Assembly: GCF_009914755.1 (NCBI RefSeq)
Contig: NC_060927.1
Reading direction: 5' to 3' (one strand)
Length of the DNA stretch: 64,000 bases
Source of the DNA: the human T2T-CHM13v2.0 reference genome, Homo sapiens
A model generated the notes under the pieces. The model was not told the origin of the DNA. It saw only the letters and a program-made list of their open reading frames with translations, and did not search any database. Shown one piece after another: positions 1 to 13,563 of the stretch; the first letter of the stretch is position 1, and each line of letters begins with the position of its first letter. A program made the translations under genes and the position numbers.

Positions 1-249
1 GAGTGACTACCGTAAGAGAGAATAAAAGGCAGTATGTAATTATAGCTGTTTTTTTTATTTCCCCCCCAACTATGGCATATTATGGCATAAAAATTGGTGA
101 ATGAAAAGGAAGTCACACAAAACAAACAAAATCCTTAATGCATTTTAGTTTGACTAGATACCCAGATGGCATGCATTTACCCTATAAACGAACAAAATAA
201 TATAAAATGCGGAAGCCTCAATGATGACTCAGGTAGATTTAACTGCATG

Positions 250-780
250 AGTTTATACCAGCACAAAGGAGGAACTGATTCTAGATAACTGACTCTAGAA
301 AAAGAATTCATAAGAAAGACATTGGATAGCTCATAAGATCTCCAGAGATGTAGAGAACCAGCTTTGGAGACCAAACAGCCAAAAGCAATGCTCAAATCAT
401 GCTGCACATCTAGTCCACCAAAGACATAACTCTGTCTCTGGAAATGAGATGATACCTGTTTATGTCATGGGAACCGCTGAGTCAGAGTCATAGAAACAGT
501 CTCTCCTAATGCAGCTCTGCTGAGACTGTCCTCTGGGTTTAGCTGCACTCACTGCAGCTACCTATCACCAGAAAGCATGTCGTTGTGTCCCTTCTTCTTC
601 AGGCAACTAGCAACCGTTTCAAAGTCAATGTGGAATCAGCACAACCTTAGTTAGGTGTTTGTAATTTTTCTGTGAGGGACTGGGAAAGTAAGACTCTGGT
701 ATACTTGGCTTCTAAACAAGAAACTGGATATACCTAAGTGGTTGGGAATTTTACAAACACAATATGTAGATTAAGATGCT
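250..780 (-). mobile_element. ancient LTR fragment (LTR78/LTR78B-like)
   Basis: GAATTCATAAGAAAGACATTGGATAGCTCATAAGATCTCCAGAG...GAGAACCAGCTTTGGAG...CAATGCTCAAATCATGCTGCA resembles the reverse complement of the LTR78-family 3' end as recalled; highly diverged, boundaries approximate. Confidence 0.45.
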
Positions 781-974
781 GGGTAGACAAAAAGAATGTT
801 AAGTGATCTCTGAAGCAAATAAGCAAAAATAACTAATGTACCCTGGACATGACCATTCTTTATGTGAAATAAGTTATAAATGAAGAAGTCCTGTGCTATG
901 AAAATCACCAACATTCCATGGCTTTTCTTACTATCAAATTTATGTAACTGAGTAGAATTACTATTGCAATCTGG

Positions 975-978
<4 letters not shown>

Positions 979-1008
<30 letters not shown>

Positions 1009-1601
1009 CTTTAAGTTCTAGGGTACATGTGCACAATGTGCAGGTTTGTTACATATGTATACATGTGCCATGTTGGTGTGCTGCACCCATTAACTTGTCA
1101 TTTACATTAGGTATATCTCCTAATGCTATCCCTACATCCTACCCCCTACCCCCACCCAAAAACAGGCCCTGGTGTGTGATGTTCCTCCTCTGTAAACTGG
1201 TTCAACCATTGTGGAAGACAGTGTGGCGATTCCTCAAGGATCTAGAACTAGAAATACCATTTGACCCAGCCATCCCATTACTGGGTATATACCCAAAGGA
1301 TTATAAATCATGCTGCTATAAAGACACATGCACACGTATGTTTATTGTGGCACTATTCACAATAGAAAGCCTTGGAACCAACCCAAATGTCCATCAATGA
1401 TAGACTGGATTAAGAAAATGTGGCACTTACACACCATGGAATACTATGCAGCCATAAAAAAGGATGAGTTCATGTCCTTTGTAGGGACATGGATGAAGCT
1501 GGAAACCATCATTCTCAGCAAACTATCTCAAGGACAAAAAACCAAACACTGCATGTTCTCACTCATAGGTGGGAATTGAACAATGAGAACACTTGGACAC
1601 A
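979..1601 (-). mobile_element. 5'-truncated, 5'-inverted L1PA (L1PA4/5-like), twin-priming structure
   Basis: (TTA)n tail and L1 3'UTR on minus strand 979-~1190; ORF2 end/3'UTR on plus strand ~1191-1601 (ORFs 1029..1400 and 1328..1579 contain L1 ORF2 C-terminal peptides LVQPLWKTVWRFLKDL, WNQPKCPSMIDWIKKMW); TSD GCAATCTGGATTT at 966-978 and 1602-1614, followed by TTAAAA. Confidence 0.95.
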
Positions 1602-1814
1602 GCAATCTGGATTTTTAAAAGTAGATTAAACCCATCTTGATGGCCTAGCTATGTGACCTAGTCAACTATCATTTTAAAAATATGTGTTAATTAGAGTATA
1701 ATGACAGTTGTTGGACTACATATTATTACTTGATTTGGTTATTCTGACTAAATCACATTCTGGATAATATAAATGCCACATAAACTAAATTTGTAACTTA
1801 TAATTGCATTTTAA

Positions 1815-2198
<384 letters not shown>

Positions 2199-2339
2199 CA
2201 ATTACCACTGTATTCTTGAGCTACCATTATACCACTCTTTAGTCCATGCATTTTAAAATATGTATACACTTATTTTAAAATGCTTGCCTCTATTTTTTGT
2301 TTCAACAGACACTTCTGAATACCTTGGAACTTGACTTTT

Positions 2340-2830
2340 CCTCTTAACACTTCGTTGTATACGTTTTCAAGTAGGACAACTAATGACTGTCACGTTGGTG
2401 AATCCAGTGGCCCTTTGATTGTCTTCATCCTCCAATGTCTTTGTCATATTTGTTTATATTGCTTGGATCACCTTTGGTACTTTCTTTCCTTGTCTTCTAT
2501 ATTATCTCATGTTGCGTTTTCCTTCTACTTCTGTGGTCACTAATTCTTGGATCTTTTTCTTCTGCTCCTCTTCTAAATGCAAATATCTCACCAAATTCTA
2601 AATATCCTCCTCTCTTCCATGTAACACAGCCATCTTTGGTCACTCATTCCATAGAGTTTGTAGAGTTATTAACAGTCCAATCTAAATGTGTGATTGTCCT
2701 ATATACATCTCTGTGTTCAATTTCTATTCCAAACTACCCCTTAATTTCCATAAGCATTGCATAATGAAGCATTTCCAAAGCCAAATTTATCACATTGTCT
2801 CTCAAACCTGCTATCCCTGCAGACTTAGTA
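2340..2830 (+). mobile_element. L2 LINE relic (RT region)
   Basis: CAACTAATGACTGTCACGTTGGTGAATCCAGTGG resembles L2 GTCACCAATGACCTCCACGTTGCCAAATCCAATGG; pyrimidine-rich continuation typical of L2. Confidence 0.6.
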
Positions 2831-3411
2831 TTATATATATTTTAAGGCATGAGAGAGGCCTAGCTGCAGGTCATTTGGTTCAATTATCCACATATTAAAT
2901 CTCAATCTCACAGGCCAGGGCCAGGGTTTTTTTTAATTAGTGCAAGCACTGTATGTCATTGTTATGTGTGTCAAATTTTACATGGATACCAAACCTTTAA
3001 ATGCCAGGAAGAGAACATAGAATAATAACAATTAGAGAAATGAGAGGCCTATTAGAACTATTGTCTATCATCAAGAACACAGAATTGTGTATTTTATATT
3101 TTAAAGCTATAGTTTGCCTTCTCCTTTTATTCAAACTTTTCATGAGCTAGGTAATGAAATTGGTAGTCTGTCTTTAAAGAATTTGCAGTGGTAAAAACTT
3201 AAAGTTTCCAAAGGTGAATGTAATATCTGAAAGTTTTTGTTGCTGGTCAGCATTGTGCAGTATTCTATTTATTCTGATTCTGGTAAAATCCCCTGTTATT
3301 CTGCTAGGGATAGCATTTATCTTTTCAAAATATTGCACCCACCTACCTACATGCACACACAAAGATGCTGCCACCATGGGCCTTTCTGCTGAGCACCATA
3401 TTTTGTTTGCC

Positions 3412-3701
3412 TTTTTTTTTTCTTTTTGAGACAGAGTCTCGCTCTGTCACCTGGACTGGAGTGCAGTGGTGCTCACTGCAGCCTCAACCTCCCCGGGCTC
3501 AGGTGATCCTCCCACTTCAGCCTCCTGATTACCTGAGACTACAGGTGAGCACCATCATGCCTGACTCATTTTTGTATTTTTTTTAGAGATGGGGTCTTGC
3601 TATGTTGCCCAGGCTAGTCTCAAACTCCTGGGTTCAAGCAATCCACCTGCCGCTGCTTCCCAAATTGTTGGATTTACAGACATGCACCCCCATGCCCAGC
3701 C
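3412..3701 (-). mobile_element. AluJ
   Basis: AluJ diagnostics GCAGCCTCAACCTCC, GATCCTCCCAC, GGGTCTTGCTATGTTGCCCAGGCT; TSD TTTGTTTGCCTTTT (3402-3415) / TTTGTTTACCTTTT (3702-3715). Confidence 0.93.
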
Positions 3702-4879
3702 TTTGTTTACCTTTTGACTGAAGAACAGAATATAATACTTGATGGGCATTCATTCTACTAGAATGATTTGCAATCTTAGACATTTGTAATATTTTGAAAG
3801 TTTTAATAGGTTGGATTAACTAAACCAAAACATTTTGGATACAATATAAATTTTGTAAAGCTAAAGGTGTCTAAATCAGCAAAAGCAAGCGGTTAAGCCT
3901 AAGTTTAAGATGTTGGCCAACTTCTGTTATAAAAATTACATAACTTAATAAATAAGAGTCAAATATTTTATTTCTCAAAGCTTCTGGATTACTTATTAGC
4001 TATGCTCTAAAAGATCAGCAAGTGAGATGAAACATTAAAAATGGTAACTTGTGAAAACCACCAATGTATTTTTTCATTCTCTCTTGTATAATACATTTTA
4101 GAAAGGCAAGGATTCCAAATGTATTTTCTTAATAATGAATATGAGAACAATGCCACTGTTACTAATATTTCAGAGTTGAGATTATCAGTGCAGTCACTGA
4201 TTAACACTCTTGTGTAAGTTATTGGACAAAATGATTGTTGACCCACATGCATAAGAATAATGGTAGGAATTGCATCAGTTCTGTTAGATTTTTATGTTGA
4301 GAAGCCCACATTCCTCTAAAAGTTAAGAACATAAGATCAGAATCCTGGTTGAAGGTAGAGAAACTCAGTCAGCAGAAAGATAATTTAGTAAATGTGCTTT
4401 TAATCTCTTTTCTATTTAGCTTTCTTGGGATGAAAAGAGAAACACTAACTTTGTATAGGTTTATTTTTTTCTTGGAAAGGGAAACATAATTTCATACATT
4501 TAAATTTATGCCTGGGGAGCAAAAGCTAACAGCCAAATGAGAAGTGGCACTGGAAAAAATGTAAAGAGACTATTTCTCTTTTTTAAATTGGGTGTTAATA
4601 TTATTTCAAAGATTAATATAAATGTTTATATATAATATTAATAGTATAAAGTATTGGAAATTTAGCCTGTTACATTATTCTCACCTACTCATCAAGTCTT
4701 TTTTATAATTTTCACTAATTATATTTTTCTTCTCTATTGCTCAGATTATGACTTTTAGTATAATTAAACCTCCATTTTCTGATCCAGTAACTTTAAATAG
4801 AACTACTAATAAAGGGTAAATCAACTAGAATGAAGAATTTGTTTTTATCTTTGACTATTCATCCATTACTTTTTGTAAG

Positions 4880-6010
4880 TGTGGTAGGCAGAAAAATGCC
4901 TCCACTTCAGATGAACTAACTTCTAAATTTTTGAATCCTGTGTATATGTGACTGGTTGAAGGTGTGCAGGTTCTTGGCATCTTGAACAAAGAATTGACAA
5001 AACGCACAAAGGAAGGAAAGAATGAAGCAACTAGAGATTCTTTGAAAATGAAAGTACACTCCACAGGGTGGGAGCGGTGGAGCACAGCAGCTCAAGAGCC
5101 GTGTTATAGAATTTTCTGGGGTTTAACTACCCTCTAGAGGTTTCCCATTGGTTACTTGGTGTATACCCTACGTAAATAAAGTAGTGGTTCGTAATTTGTC
5201 TGATTGGTTGCTTACCAATCAGAGGCTGAAATGAAGTTACAAAGGTTACACCCTATGCAAGCATGTGATAGGTTGTGGAAAGCAACCAATCAGAGGCTGA
5301 AGTGAAGTTACAAGGTTACTCTCCTATGCAAACGTCTGATTGATTGCTTTCTGCAACCCATCAGAGAGAATTTCAATTTTCCATCTGCCACGCAAAAAAT
5401 GGGAGGGGTTGCAAAGAAAGTAGCCTCCTCTCCTTTTGTTACTTAGGTGTGGACAGTTGGGGTTTCCTTTTGATTTAGTTCTAGGAAGTTAGTATGAATC
5501 AGCCTTGGGTTCCCTGCCTCCAGACCCTACTCTCCTATCTCATATATTTATATATATACACCTCATATATATATGAGAGATATATTTATATATATTTATA
5601 CTTTGTATAACAAAAAGTGAATATTGTGTGGCAAAGCGACTAAAATAAGGGCCTTGAAAGGTAGATATTATGCTGGATTATCCATTTGGGCTTAAATGCA
5701 ATTATCTATTCCGTAAAAGAGAGGCAGAGAGAGATTAGGCAGACACACACAGAGGAGGAGTTTACATGATGATGGAAGTGGAGATTTGGGTGAAAGAGGC
5801 GTAAGCCAAGGGAGCTGGAGGAGGCAAGAAAGAATTCTCCCCGAGAGGCCCCAAACAGAGTGTGGCTCCGTCAACACCTTGATATTAAACTCCTAACTCC
5901 CATATCTGTGACAGAACACATGTCTTGCTTTAAGCCACCAAATTTGTCGCTTGAAACACCAATTAGTGAGGTAATTAATTTGTTACAAACAACCATAGGA
6001 AACTTAGAGT
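4880..6010 (+). mobile_element. MLT1 (MLT1B/C/D-like) MaLR solo LTR interrupted by MER51A
   Basis: Starts TGTGGTAGGCAGAAAAATG; resumes after 5546 with GATATTATGCTGGATTATCC, AGCTGGAGGAGGCAAGAAAGAATTCTCCCC, TTTAAGCCACCAAATTTGT, TTTGTTACAAACAACCATAGGAAAC. Confidence 0.8.
4947..5542 (-). mobile_element. MER51A-like ERV1 solo LTR
   Basis: TG...CA termini, 4-bp TSD TATA (4943-4946 / 5543-5546); reverse complement begins TGAGATAGGAGAGTAGGGTCTGGAGGCAGGGAAC; repeated CCAATCAGAGGCTGAA units. Confidence 0.85.
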
Positions 6011-6649
6011 GAGTCACACTTTTTATTCAATCAGGGCTTATGTTTCTTGTCCTTAAGTACATTTGAGGCTTTTTCATTTGTTTGTTTGGCTTTTATCCAT
6101 AAGTTAACTTTATAGATGCAGATTAGAGAACATTTCAAATATTATCTTATATAAATATCATATATAAGGGACAAAGTGTTGTGACAAGACTCAGAAAGAC
6201 AAATATCAGTAAATTTAGGGTGCCTGAAACAGTTTTAAAACTAGATTTTTTTTCTCTTCATCAGTTACTCAAAAATCACCTCATGTTTTGATTTATTTTG
6301 TATTTGAGTCATGACTTTAGTGTACAGCTTTTTTCTTGTCTCTTTCTAGATCATTTTTTTCTCTCTTTCCGTTCACTAAGTAAGCACTGCCTTTACTACA
6401 TTAATCATACAATCTGGATAATGAAACCTACTTCACTGCTGGAGACGTTCTTCTCAGAATCCTTTGACTTCCTAGTCCACATTAGATTGATTACATCTTA
6501 GACAATTATACAGCTGTCATTCTGTATATTTTTTATTTTTGTCCTCTTGAATTACTTTCACTATTTCCTACTTCATATCTTTCTCTTTTAGTTTGCTTTA
6601 GGTTTTCTACCATTGTTTATCAAATGATATTTTAGAAATATTTTAAATT

Positions 6650-7180
6650 TTTGAATATTTACATTCTGTTCCCCTACTAGAGTATTTACTTAACTTACTA
6701 TTACATTCTAGGCACAAAATTATTTTCACTAATAATTTCTCAGCATTGTTCTATTAGATCTTAGCATTTAGAATTAATAGTAAAAATTTTGACATGTATC
6801 ATAGTTTGCCTTTCGCCTTTTTCCTTATTTATGGCTAAGTAATGTCCTTTCTTTTCCTTTCATCTCCTATCTTTAAAAATCTTAAGGGGTTTTATTTGTT
6901 GTTGCTATTTTTTTTTCTTCTTTTAGTATTTTGAAATATTACAGAACTATGTCTATGCATGTACCTTTAATTATCTTTTCAGTCTTTGTTTACCCTTCAG
7001 AAAACTTTCCCTTTATATTTAAAAGCACCTTGTTTTTCTTTTCTTTTTCCTTGAACTAACTTTTAGGTAAATATTAATATTCTGGATTCATTCTAAAAGT
7101 CTCTTACACTTTTATTTCTCATGATTTAAGAGACTTTCTCAATTTTATAATACAGCTCTTCCATTGACTGTACGAATTCA
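6650..7180 (-). mobile_element. old L1M/HAL1-like fragment
   Basis: T-rich, TTTTGAAATATTACAGAACTATGTCTATG resembles old L1 ORF1-region antisense; weak. Confidence 0.35.
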
Positions 7181-7599
7181 AGTAGTGAAACCAAGTAAAG
7201 GAATATCGGACTAAGATGTGAATGACTACTGTCTACACCTGTCAAGTAGGGCTCAAGCTTGATCTTAGACTTTAAGCTTTTCAGTGCTTACATCACATAG
7301 GACTGGGGAGCTCAGAAAGCAAGACTGTTGAAGCCTAATCAGGAATTCCTTAGGATTAAGCAAAGTTTACAGGGTCAGTCCAGGCTTGAAAAAATGTAAA
7401 GCAATTCACTCCAAAGAATGGTCTGTAGTCCACTTAGAGTCTTAAACAAAAAGAGCAAGTCCTTTTTATGGCGTTCAATGAGAAATTGAGCACCATTAAA
7501 TTCTATGCTTTCATTGTTTATGTACAACAACAGGATATTTCCTAATAATTTACTAAATATATTATTAAATATCAGGAAATTTGGGTATCTGACAACTAA

Positions 7600-9665
7600 T
7601 ATTAGTAGGTTGTTAGAATTCACTTATTTCGCATTTCCCCTGCCCCCAAAACAGTGGATACCATAATCATGAGCTCCATGCACACCTCCTTTTCCATAAA
7701 GTTGGTCCTCTTCTCTGAGGTTACATTACGTAAGATCTTACATTGTGTAAGATCTCATGCTGATGATCATGGCAGTGGTGTTGGCTGAAAACTTGTGAGC
7801 AGAAAAGGCAGACCCATACATGAAATATATGCCTGTTCGTCTCAGAATTAATTGCTGGCTACTTCAGACAGAGTGCTGTCCTGATACTCTGGATATCAAT
7901 GTCAGCTCAGATCCAATATGTTTGGGTAGTTCCCTTCTCCAGTGTATAATGTATAAATGGAAATCCTTCCATCTGGAGAATAATCATGGTAATTGCTGCC
8001 ATGTACATTTATCATCTAATATGGGCTTCTTCTTCCTATTGACATGGATTATTTTCAGCTAGTGTGTTCTGGGTCAAAACCCAGCTAGGTCTGAAATGTG
8101 GGGAAGCGACTGTTACTTTTTACTAATGCAAATGCTTTCAGTCTTTTGGATTGTTCACTTTTTGTGGATACCCATCATTTTATCCCTCTGGACGCTATTT
8201 TCCGTTACTATTTTAATAGTACTTTGCTGATTCAGGCCTCTCGACTACCCCTGTTACCTCATTGGGAGGATTTTATTCACTTGGCTTCTAAGTGCTGCCA
8301 CATGGCCTCACTGGGGTCCTATCATTCTTTCCCATTACTGTCAGTGAGACAAATTTTGTAACCACCTTTCATAACATGATCCCAGGTATGCAGTGTAGAG
8401 CACCACTGAATACTGTTGTCCTTTTTAATGGAACATTCTGTATAGGCTTGATATATCACCTATCCTCCAGACCAACCTGAAAACATAACCATTTGGTGGC
8501 TTTTCAGCCTTGCTTGGTATATCTACTCTAGCCTTCCCGCTTCTCTGATACTTTTAGTACCTACTTCCTCTTTCTGTTATGGCAACTCTTGCATTTTAAA
8601 GTAGCGTGGATCATTACACTTTCACACTTCTAGGACACTTCCTAGCAACAAGTTAATTATCTCCTGGAGTTCTTGCCAGAATTTTACATCTCACATCTAG
8701 GGAAAGTGCTCCTAAATAAATGCTTTTTATTCTACTTTTATTTTTGAATTCTTCTCTTGATCAAAGACTCTCAGAAAGCAATCCCATGCTTTTCCTTTCC
8801 ATGCTCCTTCTGATATTTCTGTCCAGGTTTTATTGTTCCTTTAAGATATAGTCCCTCTTTTATTAGGTACGCCCTCTTTTCTCGGCCTCTTTTATTAGGC
8901 CAAGTACATCCCTGGCTAAGGTTTGTTGAGTTCACCCTATATACAGGCTTACCAACCATGAGAGAATTTAGAACAGATTCTGAGAAGGTCATTGGTATTT
9001 TGTAAGGTAGAATCTTCTCAATGATTTTCAAGCAAAGGGAAAATGCTAGCTCTTAATATGAAAGTTTAGGTTACTTCTACCAGTTCAAGGAATTTAGAAA
9101 ATCCTAGGATTCAAGATTTTCGGGGACATCAACACACATGTCTCCATTCCATGTCTCCATTCCATGTCAGTGCCACATTCTTTTCCAATGAGAGTCTTGA
9201 ATTTGGCATGAAGGACCTGTGTTGGGAGTTTAGTCTTATTTGGAACTTGGCTGTACTGTTAAGCCTAATCTCCTATTTTATAGAAGTGCTGCTAAGAAGA
9301 CCCTCTGACTTTCATCCTTGCTTTCAACTCGTGATCAATCTTTCTCGACATCTTGCTATTTTTCTAGAGTGCCAGTGGAGTTTAATAAGTTTAATAGTAG
9401 CTACTAAATTTCCTTGCCCTTAAAATTACTGTTTTTCTCATGTTATTCAAATGTCTTATACGTTGCACCAGATAATCTATTCCTTTCTTTCAGATACTGC
9501 CCCAATTCACTACTAGCAAAATTTAACAATTGGTCTGCCATTTATGTCAGGAATTCTTTGTTTCACCGACCACCAGTGATGGAAACTTGTATCAGCCAGA
9601 CTGCAAGAGAGCCAGCCAGAACCCGCTTGAGTGCCTGCTTTCTCAGACCATTGCTTGTACTAATT
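7600..9665 (-). mobile_element. decayed, internally deleted class III ERV internal region (HERV16/ERV3-16A3-like)
   Basis: Abuts LTR16 at 9666; minus-strand start TAGTACAAGCAATGGTCTGAGAAAGCAG resembles the HERV16 leader; gag-like GGAATGGAGACATGTG near 9140; frameshifted integrase relic F.EKEV..HDYGIH near 7650-7700. Confidence 0.7.
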
Positions 9666-10069
9666 GTCAGGCTGGATTCCCTAGAGAGCAGACCCTGAAG
9701 TAGAGTTTAGCATGCATGATATTTATTACAGTATCTCTGAGATCAATACCTATAAAAGGGTGGTAAAGGAAACTGACTTGAGGAGAAGGACTGAAGATTC
9801 ACTGACCAATTTAGTCAAGCATGAAGGAAGTTCTAAAGCAACAATGGACTCCCATAGTTGTTTCTCACTGAATTGAAATGATCAGGCTCTTAAACTCCTG
9901 CATTGATCAGACTTTGGGTGTGAACTGCCTAGTGAAGGGATGAATCATAGGACAAGGAGCTGTTGCCTTTGAGACAATCTTTCCGGAGACTGACAGCACT
10001 TTCATCAGTTGAGGCAACAGATCTAACCGTGAAGAGTAATATGAGCAGCACATCAGAATGTCTGTTACA
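9666..10069 (-). mobile_element. LTR16-family LTR (5' LTR of the adjacent ERV)
   Basis: TGTCAGGCTGGATTCCCTAGAGAGCAGACCCTGA at left end; reverse complement starts TGTAACAGACATTCTGATGTGCTGCTCATATTACTCTTCACGG, resembling the LTR16 5' end. Confidence 0.75.
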
Positions 10070-13000
10070 TATGTACCACATATGCCTCAGTCATATCTAC
10101 TCCAATCAAAAACTCTAATTAAAAATTCTATCCCTTTGAAATCTCCCAATGCTTACAGTAGGAAGTCTCATAATTTTAGAAGTTTATTGAAGCCAGTTCA
10201 GAAAGGTCTTCAATTGATCTTGATTTTAAATTGATGCAAATATTGGTTTTCTCATTAATATTTACTTTCAGTAATTGTTTTACATGAACTATTTGATTAT
10301 TATCCTCACGGTTCATAGTAATGCACATTTGCTTTGACTTCCTTTTGTTTATACTTTGGCAGCACTAAACTTGTTTTGTGTTTGTTTTTCTTGTTTGGTT
10401 TTTGTTTTTTATTAACTAAGTGATATATGACAACATGTTTGGGACCACTAATTTTCAAAAGAATTCTAGCACCCTCAGAGCAAATATATTGAAGAGGGGG
10501 AAAAAAAAAACTTGGGTCATCATTTTTTATACTGTTTTCACAAGAATCTGGATGTTTTTCTACAGTAAGGGTGAAAAAATTATGTTGAATTTAAATTTTA
10601 GTTAGGACCACAGACAAATGCTGGTCCTTTTTTTTTTCTTTTTTAACCAAAGCAGAAAGGTGGGAGTTCTCTTTTTCATTTAAACTCTTGGTTAGAATTA
10701 TGTCAGAAATTTTAAAACTATAAAAGTGAATGTTTTTGATTTGTTTTTGTTATTGCTGTGGTCCTTAAAATGACAATATATTATTATTCCAAAAAGGACA
10801 CAATAGCTTTCCTTCCATTGTTTTCTCCTCAGAGAATATAGATATATTTTAATCAACAGAAAAAAATGCCTATGCTATTTAAAAATCTAATCAAATTATT
10901 GAAAATATTTTATTTCTACCTTTAAATATTAAGTTATAAAAGCAAAATCTATATGAATGCACTTTTAATATATTTATAACCACAGTAAACTTGCTGTTGA
11001 AATACAGTGTCTCTTAGACTCTCTGGCTGATTTCTTGAGAAAAATGACTTATTTGTAATCTGGAGTTTCTAATAAAAATCATTTACAATGTATCTGATCA
11101 TTAATGAATTTAGTAGAGTTTTGCAAAAGTAAATGTTTCTAGATTCTTGATTGAGCTGAGATGGAAATCTAGGATTCATATTACTTTTTTCTTCAAATTC
11201 TCACTGTTTACAAATATCTTTTGGGGTTAGTTGCATTTCTCACACACCATTTCTTTTAGAATTCCTTTGAGATTTCCTTAAAAAATGCTTAGTTTTTTTC
11301 TGAACATAGAAACATCATTCTAGTGTAGAAAAGCTAGAAAACAAATTTAGCTAAGAAACAAATCTAACTTTATCTACAAAATAAAAGAATGTCATAATGT
11401 CCTGGGTTTCAACATATCAAATCCTTGCTTTTTTCTGTAGGCATTGCGTAGTGTAGCATTTCTCGCACATTTAAAGAATTGCTATTCCTGTCAGACAGTG
11501 ATGTTTATAAATTATTAAAAGTGAAAAAGTGAAGTTTGTTAATTATTTGATTCTTCTATAATTTGTCTGTGTCAGTGCAGTCACTCGTCATTATTGTTAC
11601 ATTTATAGTGCATTCCTTGCTTTTTCTGCTTTTCAGTGAATATTGGAATCTTCAATATAAGAATGCACTTAAACTAACACAAAATTAAGGAGAAATCTCT
11701 TAGCCTGAATAATATAATTTTAACAAATAATGAAAGAAAAATTACTGGAGGAAGAGACATTTATTTATAGTGCTTTGGTATCCTGTGACGATAAACCAAG
11801 TTGAGGAGATTAAAAACATAATTAGGCAAAGACTTTTCATCTTATCACTCAATATTATTCTTAGTTAAGAGTTAGTGTGTTATTAATATTGTGTCTGAGA
11901 AAACTTGCTTCACTGGAATTTCAGGATTTGTTTCGAGTGCTGACATTAGGCAAAAATTGAAAAATGAAACAATTTGGGGAGGTTGATTTTAATTTTAAAA
12001 ATTAAATCAAATTTAATTTGGGTGTATATATTTCAATGAATTATGAATTGTAGGCTGTGGTGTTCTTTAAATGAGGGGTCAGTAAAGGACCTAGATGTTG
12101 ATTATTGTCAACTAAACTGACAGTATTAATTTTAAAATCCATGAAAGTTCCATGGAACTTGCAAATTGCTTGAGAAATACATATTGTTTTATTGTTATGG
12201 AAGTAAAAATAAAATTTCTAAATATGAGTTTAAAGTTTAATGAACTTTAAAGTTATATATACCTTTTGAGATGATATTGTCTCTGTCTAATAAGCTGAAA
12301 AAGACTATAATTCTTAGAGGGTTTGGATTTTGTCTTCTAATACATTATTTACATCTTTTATGCATGCTTATTTATGACTAATAAGTATGTTTTCCACATA
12401 AGAACATATTTAAAGGAAATGATATTTTTCATTCAAATATAAAATAAGATAAAGTATTAACTACAAAATCTTTCCATTGTACAGAAGGCGATAATCAAAG
12501 TCTTTCAAGACAGAGAGAAAGTATCTGATTTTTACAACAACCTCTTATACCTGTATTCTAAGACTAGAACTACAAGTTATGGAAACAGTAGTTTACTAGG
12601 TCTGCTGTGTCTATTTGTTATATAATTCAAAGTACAGAAAGATTGAACTGGCTTTATATATTGCTTTTTAAAGTTAAGAATGATATCTTTTTAGTTTGTT
12701 TGCATCTCTGATTTGACTGATTCATTGAACAACAATTGTTAAAGACCATGACAGAGAGGATACTGTGCTAATTCTGGAGAAGAATTCCAAAATGACTTCG
12801 ACATAGAGCATGGATTCAAAGGGCTTGATGTTTATATGCTAGCTTGAACACGATTAAGTTTGTAACTTAATTCTTTAGTACTAAAAGAGTCAGAGTAAAT
12901 TCAAATTATAATAATAACTTCTCTATGATGCTAAGTATATGTTCAAAGCTTTGAATGGTGGCCCAAATGGCTATAGTTTATATTTTCTATAATTAATGGT

Positions 13001-13104
13001 ATTCTAAGTAATAATGTTCAATTAGAATCAACTGTTACACAGTTGTTGGAGAAGCATTTCTTCAGTCTGTAAATATTTTGCAGAAAATTTATTTATTCAG
13101 GTGA

Positions 13105-13563
13105 TGCATTCATTTCCTAAAACTGCTGTAATGAAGAATCATAAACTGGGTGGATTAAAGTGCATAAATTTATTGTTTCACAGTTCTGGAGGCTAGCAGT
13201 CCAGAGTCAGGTTATCAGCAGGATTTGTTCCTTCTTAGGGCTGTATTATTCCTCCCTTGTAGCTTCTTATCATTGGCGGGCAATCTTTGGCATCCCTTCT
13301 CTTGTAGAGGCATCACTCCAATGCCTGCTGTCATTTTCACATAACATTCTCTCTGTGCCTCTTCACATACTGTTCCCTCTCTGCTTTTCTAATTCTGTGC
13401 AAATTTTCTCTTTTATAAGGATATCAGTTATATTGGCTTAGGGCCCACCCTATACTTGATTACCTCTGTAAAAATCCTATTTCCAAATAAGGTCACATTT
13501 TGAGGGACTGGGATTTAGGACTGCAACATTTCTTTTTAGGAGGACACAATTCAATTCACAACA
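13105..13563 (-). mobile_element. MLT1B/C MaLR solo LTR
   Basis: ATAAACTGGGTGGATTAAA...TTTCACAGTTCTGGAGGCTAG...CTATTTCCAAATAAGGTCACATT...GGACACAATTCAATTCACAACA. Confidence 0.88.

Noticed and set aside
9138-9168. Tandem CATGTCTCCATTC duplication (similar ones at ~33128 and ~35724)
   Set aside because: Ordinary slippage micro-duplications
12145-12160. 16-bp perfect palindrome AAGTTCCATGGAACTT and nearby AT palindromes
   Set aside because: Isolated short palindromes are not unexpected in 64 kb of AT-rich DNA; no supporting context
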